Shown one piece after another: positions 49,951 through 59,085 of a stretch of 64,000 nucleotides of DNA. Positions within the stretch are counted from its first letter, which is position 1. Each line of letters opens with the position of its first letter. Both the position numbers and the translations under genes were made by a program. This DNA is from Phycisphaeraceae bacterium. GTDB taxonomy: Bacteria; Planctomycetota; Phycisphaerae; Phycisphaerales; Phycisphaeraceae. The notes under the pieces were generated by a model. That model was not told the origin of the DNA. It saw only the letters and a program-made list of their open reading frames with translations, and ran no database searches. The stretch covers positions 3,968,001 to 4,032,000 of the forward strand of contig OY771506.1 in assembly GCA_963674705.1 (NCBI GenBank), read 5' to 3'.

Positions 49951-50424
49951 ATGAGTGAAGAACTATTACGGAAGGCGGCCGAACTCCTGGGCGAATGCCG
50001 GACGGCCAGCCTGGCGACGACCGACCCCGAAGGCAACCCGCACGCGGCGAATATCCAGTACGTCCACGACGACAAGCTGCGGCTCTATTACATCTCCGGC
50101 AAAGACTCGGCACACAGCCAACACCTGTCGGCCAACCCGAACGTCGCGGTGACGATCTACCACCACGACGATGCCGAATCCAAAACCATCCGCGGTTTGC
50201 AGATCCATGCGATTGCGGAACTTGTCAAGGATCGTGCGGAAAATCGCGAAGTCGAAAAGCTCTACAAAGAGCGCTACCCGTACGTCAAAAAAAGCCCGGT
50301 GCTCTTAGCCGCAATCAAGCTACAGGGGTTTTACCGCCTGACGCCGACGTGGCTGCGGATGGTGGATAACCGCAAGAAGTTCGGGTGGAAGGAAGAAGTC
50401 AATTTAGCCGCAAATGAACGCTAA
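49951..50424 (+). CDS. Pyridoxamine 5'-phosphate oxidase-family (FMN split-barrel) protein
   Basis: ASLAT...GNPHAA, SAHSQHL..NPNVAVTI, IRGLQI and DNRKKFG.K motifs. Confidence 0.85.
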   Translation: MSEELLRKAAELLGECRTASLATTDPEGNPHAANIQYVHDDKLRLYYISGKDSAHSQHLSANPNVAVTIYHHDDAESKTIRGLQIHAIAELVKDRAENREVEKLYKERYPYVKKSPVLLAAIKLQGFYRLTPTWLRMVDNRKKFGWKEEVNLAANER

Positions 50425-50566
50425 TTAACGCGAATAAGGCGATCAGGAATTAGCCACAGATAAACACGGATGAACACAGATTGAGAATGCCTTGCTGCAT
50501 TCTTCTTCTTATCCGTGTTAATCCGTGGCTAATAATTCGCGTCTATTAGCGTTCATTCGCGGCTAA
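50404..50566. repeat. Nested inverted-repeat element A (two pairs of arms plus a central hairpin)
   Basis: Outer arms 50404-50435 / 50535-50566, inner arms 50449-50471 / 50511-50533, centre agaatgc-cttgct-gcattct. Confidence 0.85.
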
Positions 50567-51174
50567 CCAATCAACTTCTTCGCGACAGCTTCCACGATCG
50601 TATCAGGTTCACTCATGCGGCCGGCACCTTCGGTGCGACAGGCTTGCCAGCCGGAGTCGGGGCCGATGAGTTGGATGCGGTCGAAGGCAACGAGCGTGGC
50701 GACGTTTTTCTCGACGAGTGGGTTTTCCCACATGTCGGCGTTCATCGCGGGGGCGAGCAGAAGCGGCGTGGTTTGCGGCAGGGCGCAGGCGGTCAGGCTG
50801 ACGATGTCGTCGGTCAGGCCATGCGCGAGCTTGGCGATGATGTTAGCGGTGGCGGGGGCGATGAGCATGAGGTCTGCCCAGCGTGCAACGCCGACGTGCT
50901 GGCTGTCGGGGTGGTCATCCGCTTGCCAGATGCTCGTGAGGACGGGCTTGCTGGAGAGCGCCTGGAAGGTGGCGGGGCCGACGAAGTGGGTGGCGGCCTC
51001 GGTCATGAGCACACGAATATCCGCGCCCTGCTGGACGAGTCTGCTGACGACGGTGGCGACCTTGTAGCAGGCGATCCCGCCGGTTAGTGCGACGACGATG
51101 CGTTTACCGGATAACGGCCCGGGCACGGGGGAGCCGGGCGAGGAATCGGTGGATGGGTCGTTGGGTGGGGCCAT
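50563..51174 (-). CDS. coaC: Phosphopantothenoylcysteine decarboxylase (stand-alone flavoprotein domain)
   Basis: TGGIACYK, APATANIIAKLAHG..DD, APAMN..MW and ACRTEGAGRM motifs; no CoaB domain; follows rpoZ. Confidence 0.85.
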   Translation of the reverse strand: MAPPNDPSTDSSPGSPVPGPLSGKRIVVALTGGIACYKVATVVSRLVQQGADIRVLMTEAATHFVGPATFQALSSKPVLTSIWQADDHPDSQHVGVARWADLMLIAPATANIIAKLAHGLTDDIVSLTACALPQTTPLLLAPAMNADMWENPLVEKNVATLVAFDRIQLIGPDSGWQACRTEGAGRMSEPDTIVEAVAKKLIG

Positions 51175-51232
51175 GCGAGACGGCTCCGGGGGAAGTTGAG
51201 CCGCGGCAGCTTCGCAGCCTACGGCTTTGGGA

Positions 51233-51451
51233 TTAATGTTCTTCGGCTTCGTGAGGCACTTCGAGTTCGTAGTTGATTTTGCCTTCGACGGCTTCCTGGA
51301 CGGCGACTTCAAAGTCGGTGCGTCCGCCGCGCTCGACCAGCGGGCGGGCGCCTTCCATCAGCTCGCGGACGCGGTGCTGGATCAGGGCGGTGAACTTGAA
51401 CCGGCCGCCGAGTTCGTGCACGATCTTGTCGTCTTTGAGGGCTTCGATCAT
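51233..51451 (-). CDS. rpoZ: RNA polymerase omega subunit
   Basis: GGRFKFTALIQHRVRELMEGARPLV and VAVQEAVEGKI; conserved adjacency to coaBC-type genes. Confidence 0.85.
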   Translation of the reverse strand: MIEALKDDKIVHELGGRFKFTALIQHRVRELMEGARPLVERGGRTDFEVAVQEAVEGKINYELEVPHEAEEH

Positions 51452-51637
51452 CGGGTGGTAGCTCCGTTTGGGAGAGTTTGGGAGGCTTTGTCAGGTCGCT
51501 CGTTGCGTATACGTTCAGTCCCGGAGGCTGTTTACCGAGCCCTTGAGTATATCCCGGGCATTTCGCGGAGACAAGTCGGAGGTTGCGGTGGGGCGGTTCG
51601 GCTTGCCGGGGGGCATGGGGCTGGTACCATTCGGCCC

Positions 51638-53677
51638 ATGAAGACAAGTCTCGCCTGGCTCAATAGCTATCTGGACAAGCCCCTCACGGCCGAGCAGGCC
51701 GAACCGCTGTTAACGGATGTGGGCTTCCCTTTTGATGGCGTGGATGAACTGACGCTCTCGACCGGGGCGACGGACACACTGATCGATGTGGAGGTCACGA
51801 GCAACCGCAGCGACTGCCTGAGCCATATCGGCCTGGCACGTGAGGCGGCAGCGTCGGGCGGGTTGTCGCTGGTCATGCCGGAGTTTGGATTGCCGAAGGC
51901 GGGCGGTCAGAAAGCAAGCGAGCTGACGAGTGTCGAATGCAGCGAGCCGGTGAAGTGCCCGCTGTATACCGCGCGGGTGATCACAGGCGTGAAGATCGGC
52001 CCGAGCCCGAAGTGGCTCGTCGAGCGGATCGAGGGCGTGGGGCTGAGGTCTGTCAATAACGTCGTCGATATCACCAACTTCGTCATGCTCGAGATGGGCC
52101 AGCCGCTGCACGCGTTCGACATGAACAAGCTCGACGGGAAGCGGATCGTGGTCCGTTGCGCCAAGAACGGCGAACAGTTCACCGCGATCGACGGCACGAA
52201 GCACGAGCTGACCGACAAGATGCTGGTGATCGCTGATAGCTCGCAGGCCGTCGCTGTGGCGGGCGTGATGGGTGGACTCGACAGCGAGGTCGCCGACGAT
52301 ACGGCAGACATCCTGCTGGAGGCTGCGATCTTTGATCCGCTGAGTGTGCGCAGCACCAGCCGAAAGCTGAAACTTGCCAGCGATTCGAGCTTCCGTTTTG
52401 AGAGAGGCGTCGACCCGCTTGGCGTGGATCGAGCGAGCCAACGAGCGGCACAACTGATCGTCGAACTGGCGGGGGGAACGCTTGCCGAGGGTGTGATCCG
52501 TGTCGGCCAGGATGAGCCTGCACCTGAACAAGTCGCGATGCGAATCCGGCGGTGCCAGCAATTACTCGGCGTCGACCTGAACGCGCAGCAGATCGTTGAA
52601 TCGCTAAGCAGCCTCGGGCTGAATCCGAAGCAGGAAGCGGACACGATCATCTGCACGATCCCGAGCTTCCGGCTGGACCTGAAACGCGAGGTCGACCTGA
52701 TCGAAGAGGTTGGACGGCTGTACGGCTACAACAACGTGAAAGTCGAGCAGCGACTGGAACTGGAAGTGCGTCCGGAACAGGACACGGTCAAGGCAAGGCA
52801 GGAGCTTGGCCGCGTGATGGCAGCGCATGGCTATCACGAAACGATCACACCGACGCTGTTGATGGAAGAACACGCCAAGCCGTTTTGTGAGGATACGGCT
52901 GTGTTGATGGGTCTGGCGGGTGATTCGCGGCGGAAGGATAAGACACTACGGCCGTCGCTGTTACCGAGCCTGCTGGTGTGCCGTAAGCACAACCAGGACC
53001 GGGGCAACCAGGGTGTGAGGCTGTTCGAGGTCGCCGGATCGTGGAAACAGAGCAATGGCAAGCCGAACGAGGCAAGCACACTGGCGACGCTGACCGATGC
53101 GCCTGATCCGCACGAGGGATTCCGTGAGGCGCGCGGCGCGATCGAGGAGCTGGTCAGCACTCTCGGCGGACAAAGCGCAACCGAGACACTATCGTTCGAG
53201 CCAATTGAGGATGCCAAGTACAAGCCTGCCGCCAAGGTGATGCTCGGCGACAAGGCGTGCGGGCAGATCGGGTTAATTGGACATAAGCTGCTCGATACGT
53301 TCGGCCTTCAGACGCCGGTCGTGCTCGCGGAAGTCGACTACAAGCCGATCCTCGCGATGTACCCCCCGAAGCGAAGCGTCGGCACGCTGCCGCGCTTCCC
53401 GGGTATCGAACGCGACCTGAGCGTTATCGTGGATGAAGCGGTGACCTGGCGGCAGATCGAAAAGTGCGTGCACGATGCGAACCCCGCCATGCTCGAAGAC
53501 CTGCAGTTCCTGACGATCTTCCGCGGCAAGCAGATCGGCAAAAGCAAGAAGAGCCTGAGCCTGCGCATGCTGTTCCGCAATCCCGATGCGACGTTGCGGC
53601 ACGACGAGGTCGACCCGCAGGTGAACGCGGTGATTGAGAAGCTCAAGCAAGGGGTTAATGCTGAGTTGCGGGCTTGA
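51638..53677 (+). CDS. pheT: Phenylalanyl-tRNA synthetase beta subunit (short form, 679 aa)
   Basis: SLAWL, EVTSNRSDCLSHIGLARE, GQPLHAFD, RFERGVD, R.DL.REVDLIEEVGRLYG and ERDLS motifs. Confidence 0.95.
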   Translation: MKTSLAWLNSYLDKPLTAEQAEPLLTDVGFPFDGVDELTLSTGATDTLIDVEVTSNRSDCLSHIGLAREAAASGGLSLVMPEFGLPKAGGQKASELTSVECSEPVKCPLYTARVITGVKIGPSPKWLVERIEGVGLRSVNNVVDITNFVMLEMGQPLHAFDMNKLDGKRIVVRCAKNGEQFTAIDGTKHELTDKMLVIADSSQAVAVAGVMGGLDSEVADDTADILLEAAIFDPLSVRSTSRKLKLASDSSFRFERGVDPLGVDRASQRAAQLIVELAGGTLAEGVIRVGQDEPAPEQVAMRIRRCQQLLGVDLNAQQIVESLSSLGLNPKQEADTIICTIPSFRLDLKREVDLIEEVGRLYGYNNVKVEQRLELEVRPEQDTVKARQELGRVMAAHGYHETITPTLLMEEHAKPFCEDTAVLMGLAGDSRRKDKTLRPSLLPSLLVCRKHNQDRGNQGVRLFEVAGSWKQSNGKPNEASTLATLTDAPDPHEGFREARGAIEELVSTLGGQSATETLSFEPIEDAKYKPAAKVMLGDKACGQIGLIGHKLLDTFGLQTPVVLAEVDYKPILAMYPPKRSVGTLPRFPGIERDLSVIVDEAVTWRQIEKCVHDANPAMLEDLQFLTIFRGKQIGKSKKSLSLRMLFRNPDATLRHDEVDPQVNAVIEKLKQGVNAELRA

Positions 53678-53682
53678 TTATT

Positions 53683-53875
53683 TACCGCGAAGGCGCGAAG
53701 AACGCCGAGTTTGCGAAGAAGAATTTAGCCACGGATGAACACCGATTAACACGGATAAGAATTCATAATTCGTTTTATCCGTGTTAATCGGTGTTTATCT
53801 GTGGCAAAAACCTGGTTTGTAAATAGCCTCACATTATTTATTCTTAACTTCGCGCTCTTCGCGTCTTCGTGGTTC
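53683..53875. repeat. Nested inverted-repeat element B
   Basis: Outer arms accgcgaaggcgcgaag / cttcgcgtcttcgtggt; inner arms gccacggatgaacaccgattaacacggataa / ttatccgtgttaatcggtgtttatctgtggc. Confidence 0.85.
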
Positions 53876-54587
53876 AACCTTCTTTGTCTTCCCGCCGTTC
53901 GTCGTACCACAGTCCCAACAGGTCGCGGCTTTTCACGGACTTCGGGCCCGCGAGTGCCATGCGGAACAGGATGCCCATATGCTCCCAGAAGCCGTAGGTC
54001 CGCAGCTTCCGCCCGGATGTAAAAACAGCTTCTTTTATCACCACGAACCTGCCCTGACGGCGCATGGCTCTGCTGAATGTGATCTCCTCGCTGGCAAAGA
54101 GCGTTTCGTCGAAGCCGCCAACCGTGTCAAACGCGCTGCGCGTGGCGTAGACGAAGCAACCCGCCGCCAGCCCCGCTTTTCGGTAGCAGAAAGTAAAAGC
54201 AGGTGCCAGCCAACGGGCGAAGAATGGCAATGAACCACTGACACTGACCGCTGCGCCGCCCCCGATCGCGCCGTTTCCTAACTCGCGTTGGACAGCCCGC
54301 AACACAGATTCATTGATAGTTGTGTCGGCATCCACAAAGATGAGCACGTCGCCGACCGCCTCGGTTGCGCCGCTGTTGCGGGTTTTGGATATCTGGCGGT
54401 TATCGACGTTGACGACTTTTGCCCCGTGCTGCTTGGCGATTTGTTCGGTCGCGTCGGCCGAAGCATCGTTGGCGACGATGATCTCGTAGGGTTCGCCCAG
54501 CGCCTTGGCCGCGCTGTGGATGGACCGGAGCGTGCGCGGCAGCAGTTGCTCTTCGTTATGGGCGGGGATGATGAAGCAGTACATCAT
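53874..54587 (-). CDS. Family 2 glycosyltransferase
   Basis: IIPAHNEE, IIVANDASAD.T, RNSGA, IFVDADT, GGFDE and TSGRK motifs. Confidence 0.9.
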   Translation of the reverse strand: MMYCFIIPAHNEEQLLPRTLRSIHSAAKALGEPYEIIVANDASADATEQIAKQHGAKVVNVDNRQISKTRNSGATEAVGDVLIFVDADTTINESVLRAVQRELGNGAIGGGAAVSVSGSLPFFARWLAPAFTFCYRKAGLAAGCFVYATRSAFDTVGGFDETLFASEEITFSRAMRRQGRFVVIKEAVFTSGRKLRTYGFWEHMGILFRMALAGPKSVKSRDLLGLWYDERREDKEG

Positions 54588-54635
54588 GCCTGAATGATAG
54601 CAGGGTGATGGATTCAAGAATTAAAGAGGCAAAAG

Positions 54636-54811
54636 TTCACCGCAGAGGACGCGGAGATCGCGGAGAAAGACAAAACAAAAGAAGTTCCTGTCTAGCAGCA
54701 TGGGTTCATACCTGTATGTCAGTATAGGCATGAATCTTAGTGAGTTTGATAACCCAATGCCTGACTTCTTTTCCTATTCTTCTCTGCGTCCTCTGCGTAC
54801 TCTGCGGTGAA
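54636..54811. repeat. Inverted-repeat element with 9-nt periodic arms and AT-rich spacer
   Basis: ttcaccgcagaggacgcggagatcgcggagaa / ttctctgcgtcctctgcgtactctgcggtgaa. Confidence 0.8.
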
Positions 54812-54826
54812 ACATGCTCGGACACA

Positions 54827-56239
54827 TCATCCAGCCTGCTTGCATGGTTCGGCGGTGTTGCGGCGTTTGCCGGCACGGTTGCGTCGGCGTCTGGCACTGG
54901 CGCGGGGGGCAGCGTTGTTTGAGTGTGATGCGGCCTGGTGGGTGTGGCCCGTGGCGATGCTATTCTGGTTCGGCTTAGGACCGCCTCGCCTAGGTTTACG
55001 TTTGGCTGCGTCGGCGGGCTTGGGTTTGTGTTGCCTGGGTGAGGCGGGGGCGTGGGGCGTGTGCGGCGGTGGCGGAGCGATCGTGTGTTTGAGCACGGGG
55101 ATCTGCCTGCCGATGGTCTTTTCGATCTCCTTGAGGTCGTATTTTTGATCGGGACAGCAGAAGGTAATCGCCCGGCCGTCGGCACCTGCGCGACCGCTTC
55201 GGCCGATACGGTGCACGTAGGTCTCGGCGTCGCCGGGCATGTCGAAGTTGACGACATGTGAAACTTCGTCGACATCCAACCCACGGGCTGCGATATCGCT
55301 GGCGACCAGGATACGGGTTTTGCCAGCCTTGAAGTTACTCAAGGCGCGGGTGCGTGCGTTCTGGCTTTTGTCGGAATGGATCGCTTCGGCGGTGAAGCCT
55401 TGGCCGTTGAGCCGTTTGGTGATGCGGTCCGCGCCGCGTTTCGTGCGGGAGAAAACCAGTGTCCGCTTCATGTCGGGTTCACGCAACAGCGAGCTGAGCA
55501 GCTCGGTCTTGCTGCGTGGGTCGATGAAGTAGGCGGACTGCTCGACGGTGTCGGCGGTGGCGTTCTTCGCGGCAACCTTCACAACCGCAGGGTCGGTGAG
55601 GATTGAATCGGCGAGCCCCTGAATGGATTGGGGCATCGTCGCGGAGAACATGAGCGTCTGCCGTTTATCCGGTATCTGCGCGATGATCTTGCGGATGTCG
55701 TGAATGAAGCCCATATCGAGCATCCGGTCTGCCTCGTCGAGTACGAGGATCTCGACGGTGTCGAGTGAAAGGACGCGCTGGTTGAGCAGGTCCATCAGTC
55801 GGCCCGGCGTGGCGACGACGATATCGACGCCTGCTTTAAGGGCGCTGACCTGTGGGCGTTGGTTGACTCCGCCGAAGATGGTGGTGCCGCGCAGGTTCAG
55901 GTTTTGGCCGTAGGTCCTGAAGCTGTCGCCGATCTGGGCGGCCAGTTCACGGGTAGGGCTGAGGACCAGGGCGCGGATGGGGCGTTTATCCGGCCGACGC
56001 GCCGCCTTGCCCATTGTGGGCTTAGGCTCGGTTTGTGGCTCTTGGGTATAAAGCAACTGAAGCACGGGCAGCGCGAACGCAGCCGTCTTCCCGGTACCGG
56101 TCTGGGCACAGCCGAGCAGGTCGCGTCCTTCGATCACGTGGGGGAAAGTCTGGCTCTGGATGGCAGTTGGGGTAACGTAGCCCTCTTGGCTAAGGGCACG
56201 CAAGAGAGGCTTGATAAGCCTCAATTCTGAAAATCTCAT
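54827..56239 (-). CDS. rhlE: DEAD-box RNA helicase (RhlE-like)
   Basis: Q motif, AQTGTGKT, PTRELA, DEAD, SAT, ARGLD and HRIGRSGR motifs; basic tail. Confidence 0.9.
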   Translation of the reverse strand: MRFSELRLIKPLLRALSQEGYVTPTAIQSQTFPHVIEGRDLLGCAQTGTGKTAAFALPVLQLLYTQEPQTEPKPTMGKAARRPDKRPIRALVLSPTRELAAQIGDSFRTYGQNLNLRGTTIFGGVNQRPQVSALKAGVDIVVATPGRLMDLLNQRVLSLDTVEILVLDEADRMLDMGFIHDIRKIIAQIPDKRQTLMFSATMPQSIQGLADSILTDPAVVKVAAKNATADTVEQSAYFIDPRSKTELLSSLLREPDMKRTLVFSRTKRGADRITKRLNGQGFTAEAIHSDKSQNARTRALSNFKAGKTRILVASDIAARGLDVDEVSHVVNFDMPGDAETYVHRIGRSGRAGADGRAITFCCPDQKYDLKEIEKTIGRQIPVLKHTIAPPPPHTPHAPASPRQHKPKPADAAKRKPRRGGPKPNQNSIATGHTHQAASHSNNAAPRASARRRRNRAGKRRNTAEPCKQAG

Positions 56240-56396
56240 GGGTCGGGTTCAATCGGGGGGTGTGAGGCTGTAGGCCTGAAAACGCAGGCCGTTGCCGCGT
56301 AGAAATTGCATTATAGCAGACTTATCGACTAAATCCCAGCCCGGCATCAATCAGCCTGATGTTTAGTATTGAGTCATTATGAATATTGGTAGCGTT

Positions 56397-56448
56397 AAAG
56401 CCCAGCCATTGCATGGCTGGGTGGCCCACAGATGCAATTTGTGGGCTT
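56397..56448. repeat. Inverted doublet of AAGCCC-led hairpins
   Basis: aagcccagccattgcatggctggg followed by gcccacagatgcaatttgtgggctt. A related single unit lies at about 43341-43367. Confidence 0.6.
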
Positions 56449-56562
56449 CCATTGAAAGTTATCAATGGCTATCGCTCGTAGCTGACTAGCCCTCTCGTCG
56501 TGACATTCACTATAAGGACCGTACAATCCGTTTACAATGAGCATGAGAGATAGGTGTGGCAT

Positions 56563-57306
56563 ATGCGCTACTACGAACTACATGATGCCGAATACATCAA
56601 ACGGCTAGGTAATGGCCAACAGGGTTGGGATGCGGGGGATTACGATGACTTTTTCATGAAGACGTTTGTTGAGCGGTCGCTTGAAGTCTTCGGCCGTGAC
56701 ACAAAAGGTCTGCGAGCATTGGATCTCGGCTGCGGGACAGGGGCGTTGTCCTGCCTTTTGTCTGAGCGGGGATTTGACGTTACGGGTGTTGATATCTCAC
56801 CGTCGGCTATCGCTTACGCGCTGCAGATGTCTGCTTCACGTGAGTTTAATATCTCGTTCCAGGTGCTCGATGTCTGCCGTGATCCGTTTCCTGAAGGCCG
56901 ATTCGATCTGATCGTCGACAGCCACCTGCTGCATTGCATCGTGTTTGCGGATGAACGCCAGCATTTGTTGAGCAAGGTGCGCCAAGCGCTGCGGCCTGAA
57001 GGGCAATTCTGGATGGAAACGATGTACCTGCCCGAAGGTCAAGCGCCGAAGCCTGAGTGGCACCTCGATGATCGCGGAGTGGTCTGGCATCGCCATGACG
57101 GGCACATCCAGTGTGAGCATAACGTTCAGCGTGACGGAAGCTGGTGGACACCTTTGCGGTTTATCGCGCTGTGCCCGCAAGTTCTGCTTGATGAATTAAC
57201 CCAAGCCGGGCTGGGGATCATCGAATGGGATACATACCCACCGCTGGAACCCTGTGATCCAGGTGGATTCCAGGCACGATGCAGCAACGGTGACGTCACT
57301 CAATAA
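56563..57306 (+). CDS. Class I SAM-dependent methyltransferase
   Basis: ALDLGCGTG, VTGVDISPSAI, FDLIVD and LRPEG motifs. Confidence 0.88.
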   Translation: MRYYELHDAEYIKRLGNGQQGWDAGDYDDFFMKTFVERSLEVFGRDTKGLRALDLGCGTGALSCLLSERGFDVTGVDISPSAIAYALQMSASREFNISFQVLDVCRDPFPEGRFDLIVDSHLLHCIVFADERQHLLSKVRQALRPEGQFWMETMYLPEGQAPKPEWHLDDRGVVWHRHDGHIQCEHNVQRDGSWWTPLRFIALCPQVLLDELTQAGLGIIEWDTYPPLEPCDPGGFQARCSNGDVTQ

Positions 57307-57307
57307 A

Positions 57308-57335
57308 ATACCCGCAGCAAAGACTGCGGGTATTC
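57308..57335. terminator. Hairpin between convergent genes
   Basis: aatacccgcag-caaaga-ctgcgggtatt. Confidence 0.65.
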
Positions 57336-57369
57336 AGTTCATCAATCTGATCGCGTTTGAGTGTTACGA

Positions 57370-58020
57370 TCACTTGCGCCGACGCGGCAGCAGAGCGGCT
57401 GCACCGAAAGCCAGCATACCCAGCGTTGCCGGCTCGGGGATCGCATTGAAGCTGAGGTCGTCCATGCCAAAGTATTCGGCATTACTGGTGGTTGCGTCGT
57501 CGGTGCGGATCGTGAGTTCGCTGAACGGGGTATCGGAAACAATCCCGATAAAGCCGGTGCCTTCTCCGCGGAGGTAGGCACTCATGGCGATGGACTGGTC
57601 GCCGAAATCGAAACGGAGGTTGTCACCAGTGAGTGTGTCTTCAAAGTCGGCGCCCCACGCGGTGACGGTGGTGGGGAAAATGAAGGTATGGACAGTGGGC
57701 GTTGTTGTACCGCCGCCGCCCTGGCCGGGTGTAAATACGTGCCCGCTTAAGAACGGCGTGCCGTTGATGATGTAGGTACCGGTGCCGGAGATTTTAGGGC
57801 CACTGTCGGACGGGCCGGCATCGAGGTAGAACGAGACGAGTTCGAGCTGTGTCGTGCCGGGGTAAAGGAAGCCCTGGGGCAGGTTGTCGAAAGTCTCAAT
57901 ATAGACCGTGCCGGCGGCCGCCTCCCATGCGGTGCGGCTGGTGTATACATCAATGACCGAACCGAAGGTTGAACCAGCGGGGATCGCCGCCAACATCATC
58001 GCGCCTAGCAAGTGTCTCAT
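57370..58020 (-). CDS. PEP-CTERM sorting-domain surface protein
   Basis: Signal peptide; C-terminal IPEPATLGMLAFGAAALLPRRRK; AGGAG RBS. Confidence 0.88.
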   Translation of the reverse strand: MRHLLGAMMLAAIPAGSTFGSVIDVYTSRTAWEAAAGTVYIETFDNLPQGFLYPGTTQLELVSFYLDAGPSDSGPKISGTGTYIINGTPFLSGHVFTPGQGGGGTTTPTVHTFIFPTTVTAWGADFEDTLTGDNLRFDFGDQSIAMSAYLRGEGTGFIGIVSDTPFSELTIRTDDATTSNAEYFGMDDLSFNAIPEPATLGMLAFGAAALLPRRRK

Positions 58021-58228
58021 GTCTCACTCCTTCAATAGTAGAAACGTACTGTCATATGAACCCCGGACACAACGGCCCGACAGGTACTGCCTTGTTTAAT
58101 TCGGACGATTTTGGTGCGGTCTTGGGTGCCCGGATCGTCTGCGGATAGAGATTAACAAGATAACTGCTTGATATGCGTGTTATTCAGACGTTGGCTGGTA
58201 AGTGATACCGCTGCGTTAGCGATGGGTA

Positions 58229-58960
58229 TCAGATTGCTTTGAATCCCTGGCCCTTGGGATCGGCGACAGCGACCACAGCGGCGTGGATACTGCGGGCACC
58301 TGCTTTCTTGATAAGACGCGCGCAAGCGGCAAGTGTCGCACCGCTGGTTTTGACATCGTCGATCAGTAGGATGTCTCGCCCGGACAGGTCGACCGGCTGG
58401 ATGGCGAAGGATCGGCGCACGTTGTCGTCACGCTGCGATGGCGCGATGGATGTCTGCGGCGGGGTGTGGCGGGTGCGTCTGAGGATCGGGGCGTATGTCC
58501 AGTGCTTTTTGTTTGCTACCGCTCGGGCGATCAGGTCGGCCTGGTTGAAGCCACGACGCCAGCGACGCAGACGATGCATCGGTACTGGGCAGACGAGCAG
58601 GTTGTTTGTGTTTTGAGGCGCTTCGAGTAAGTCTGCAAGTTGCTTGCCCATCCATTCACCGAAGCGCCATCGGCGTTGGAACTTGAGTTGGCGTATCCAC
58701 TCATCGACAGGTTCGTGATAGGCGGCGAGGCGGGTGAAGCGGTGCCAGGGCAGGCTCTTGTCGACACAGAACGTGCAGCCGCGCGGCGTAACCGAGCCTT
58801 GCCCGGCCGAGGCGCCGCAGCGTGGGCAGTAATCTTCAGCCGAATCCGGATGCCAATCACCAGCGTTGTCGGGTGCGTCACCGGGTGGGAGCCATTCATC
58901 GAGGACGCTACCCAGCCAGCGGCCTGTTTGGTGCACTGTTTTTACTAACGCGATGGACAT
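58229..58960 (-). CDS. comF: ComF-family phosphoribosyltransferase-like protein
   Basis: CPRC...CTFC zinc sites, PVPMH..R..RRGFNQA and LLIDDVKTSGATL. Confidence 0.88.
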   Translation of the reverse strand: MSIALVKTVHQTGRWLGSVLDEWLPPGDAPDNAGDWHPDSAEDYCPRCGASAGQGSVTPRGCTFCVDKSLPWHRFTRLAAYHEPVDEWIRQLKFQRRWRFGEWMGKQLADLLEAPQNTNNLLVCPVPMHRLRRWRRGFNQADLIARAVANKKHWTYAPILRRTRHTPPQTSIAPSQRDDNVRRSFAIQPVDLSGRDILLIDDVKTSGATLAACARLIKKAGARSIHAAVVAVADPKGQGFKAI

Positions 58961-59007
58961 GATGCGTGTGGTTATACTTGCTGATGGCGTGGGGGGCTAG
59001 TTGGGGG

Positions 59008-59041
59008 AGGGTGTAGGTTTCAGGGTGTGGGGTATAGGGTC
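59008..59041 (+). repeat. 7-nt tandem repeat tract
   Basis: agggtgt-aggtttc-agggtgt-ggggtat-agggtc. Confidence 0.5.
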
Positions 59042-59085
59042 AAGACAAGAAAAGACAGGAAACGGATTTGCCTGAGACAGACAAT

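Noticed and set aside
51227..51637. 137-aa N-terminal extension of pheT in the ORF track
   Set aside because: It overlaps rpoZ on the opposite strand; homology begins at ATG 51638.
50404..54811. CRISPR array interpretation of the periodic repeats
   Set aside because: The units are 9-10 nt, arranged as inverted arms without unique 30-40 nt spacers, and no cas genes are present.
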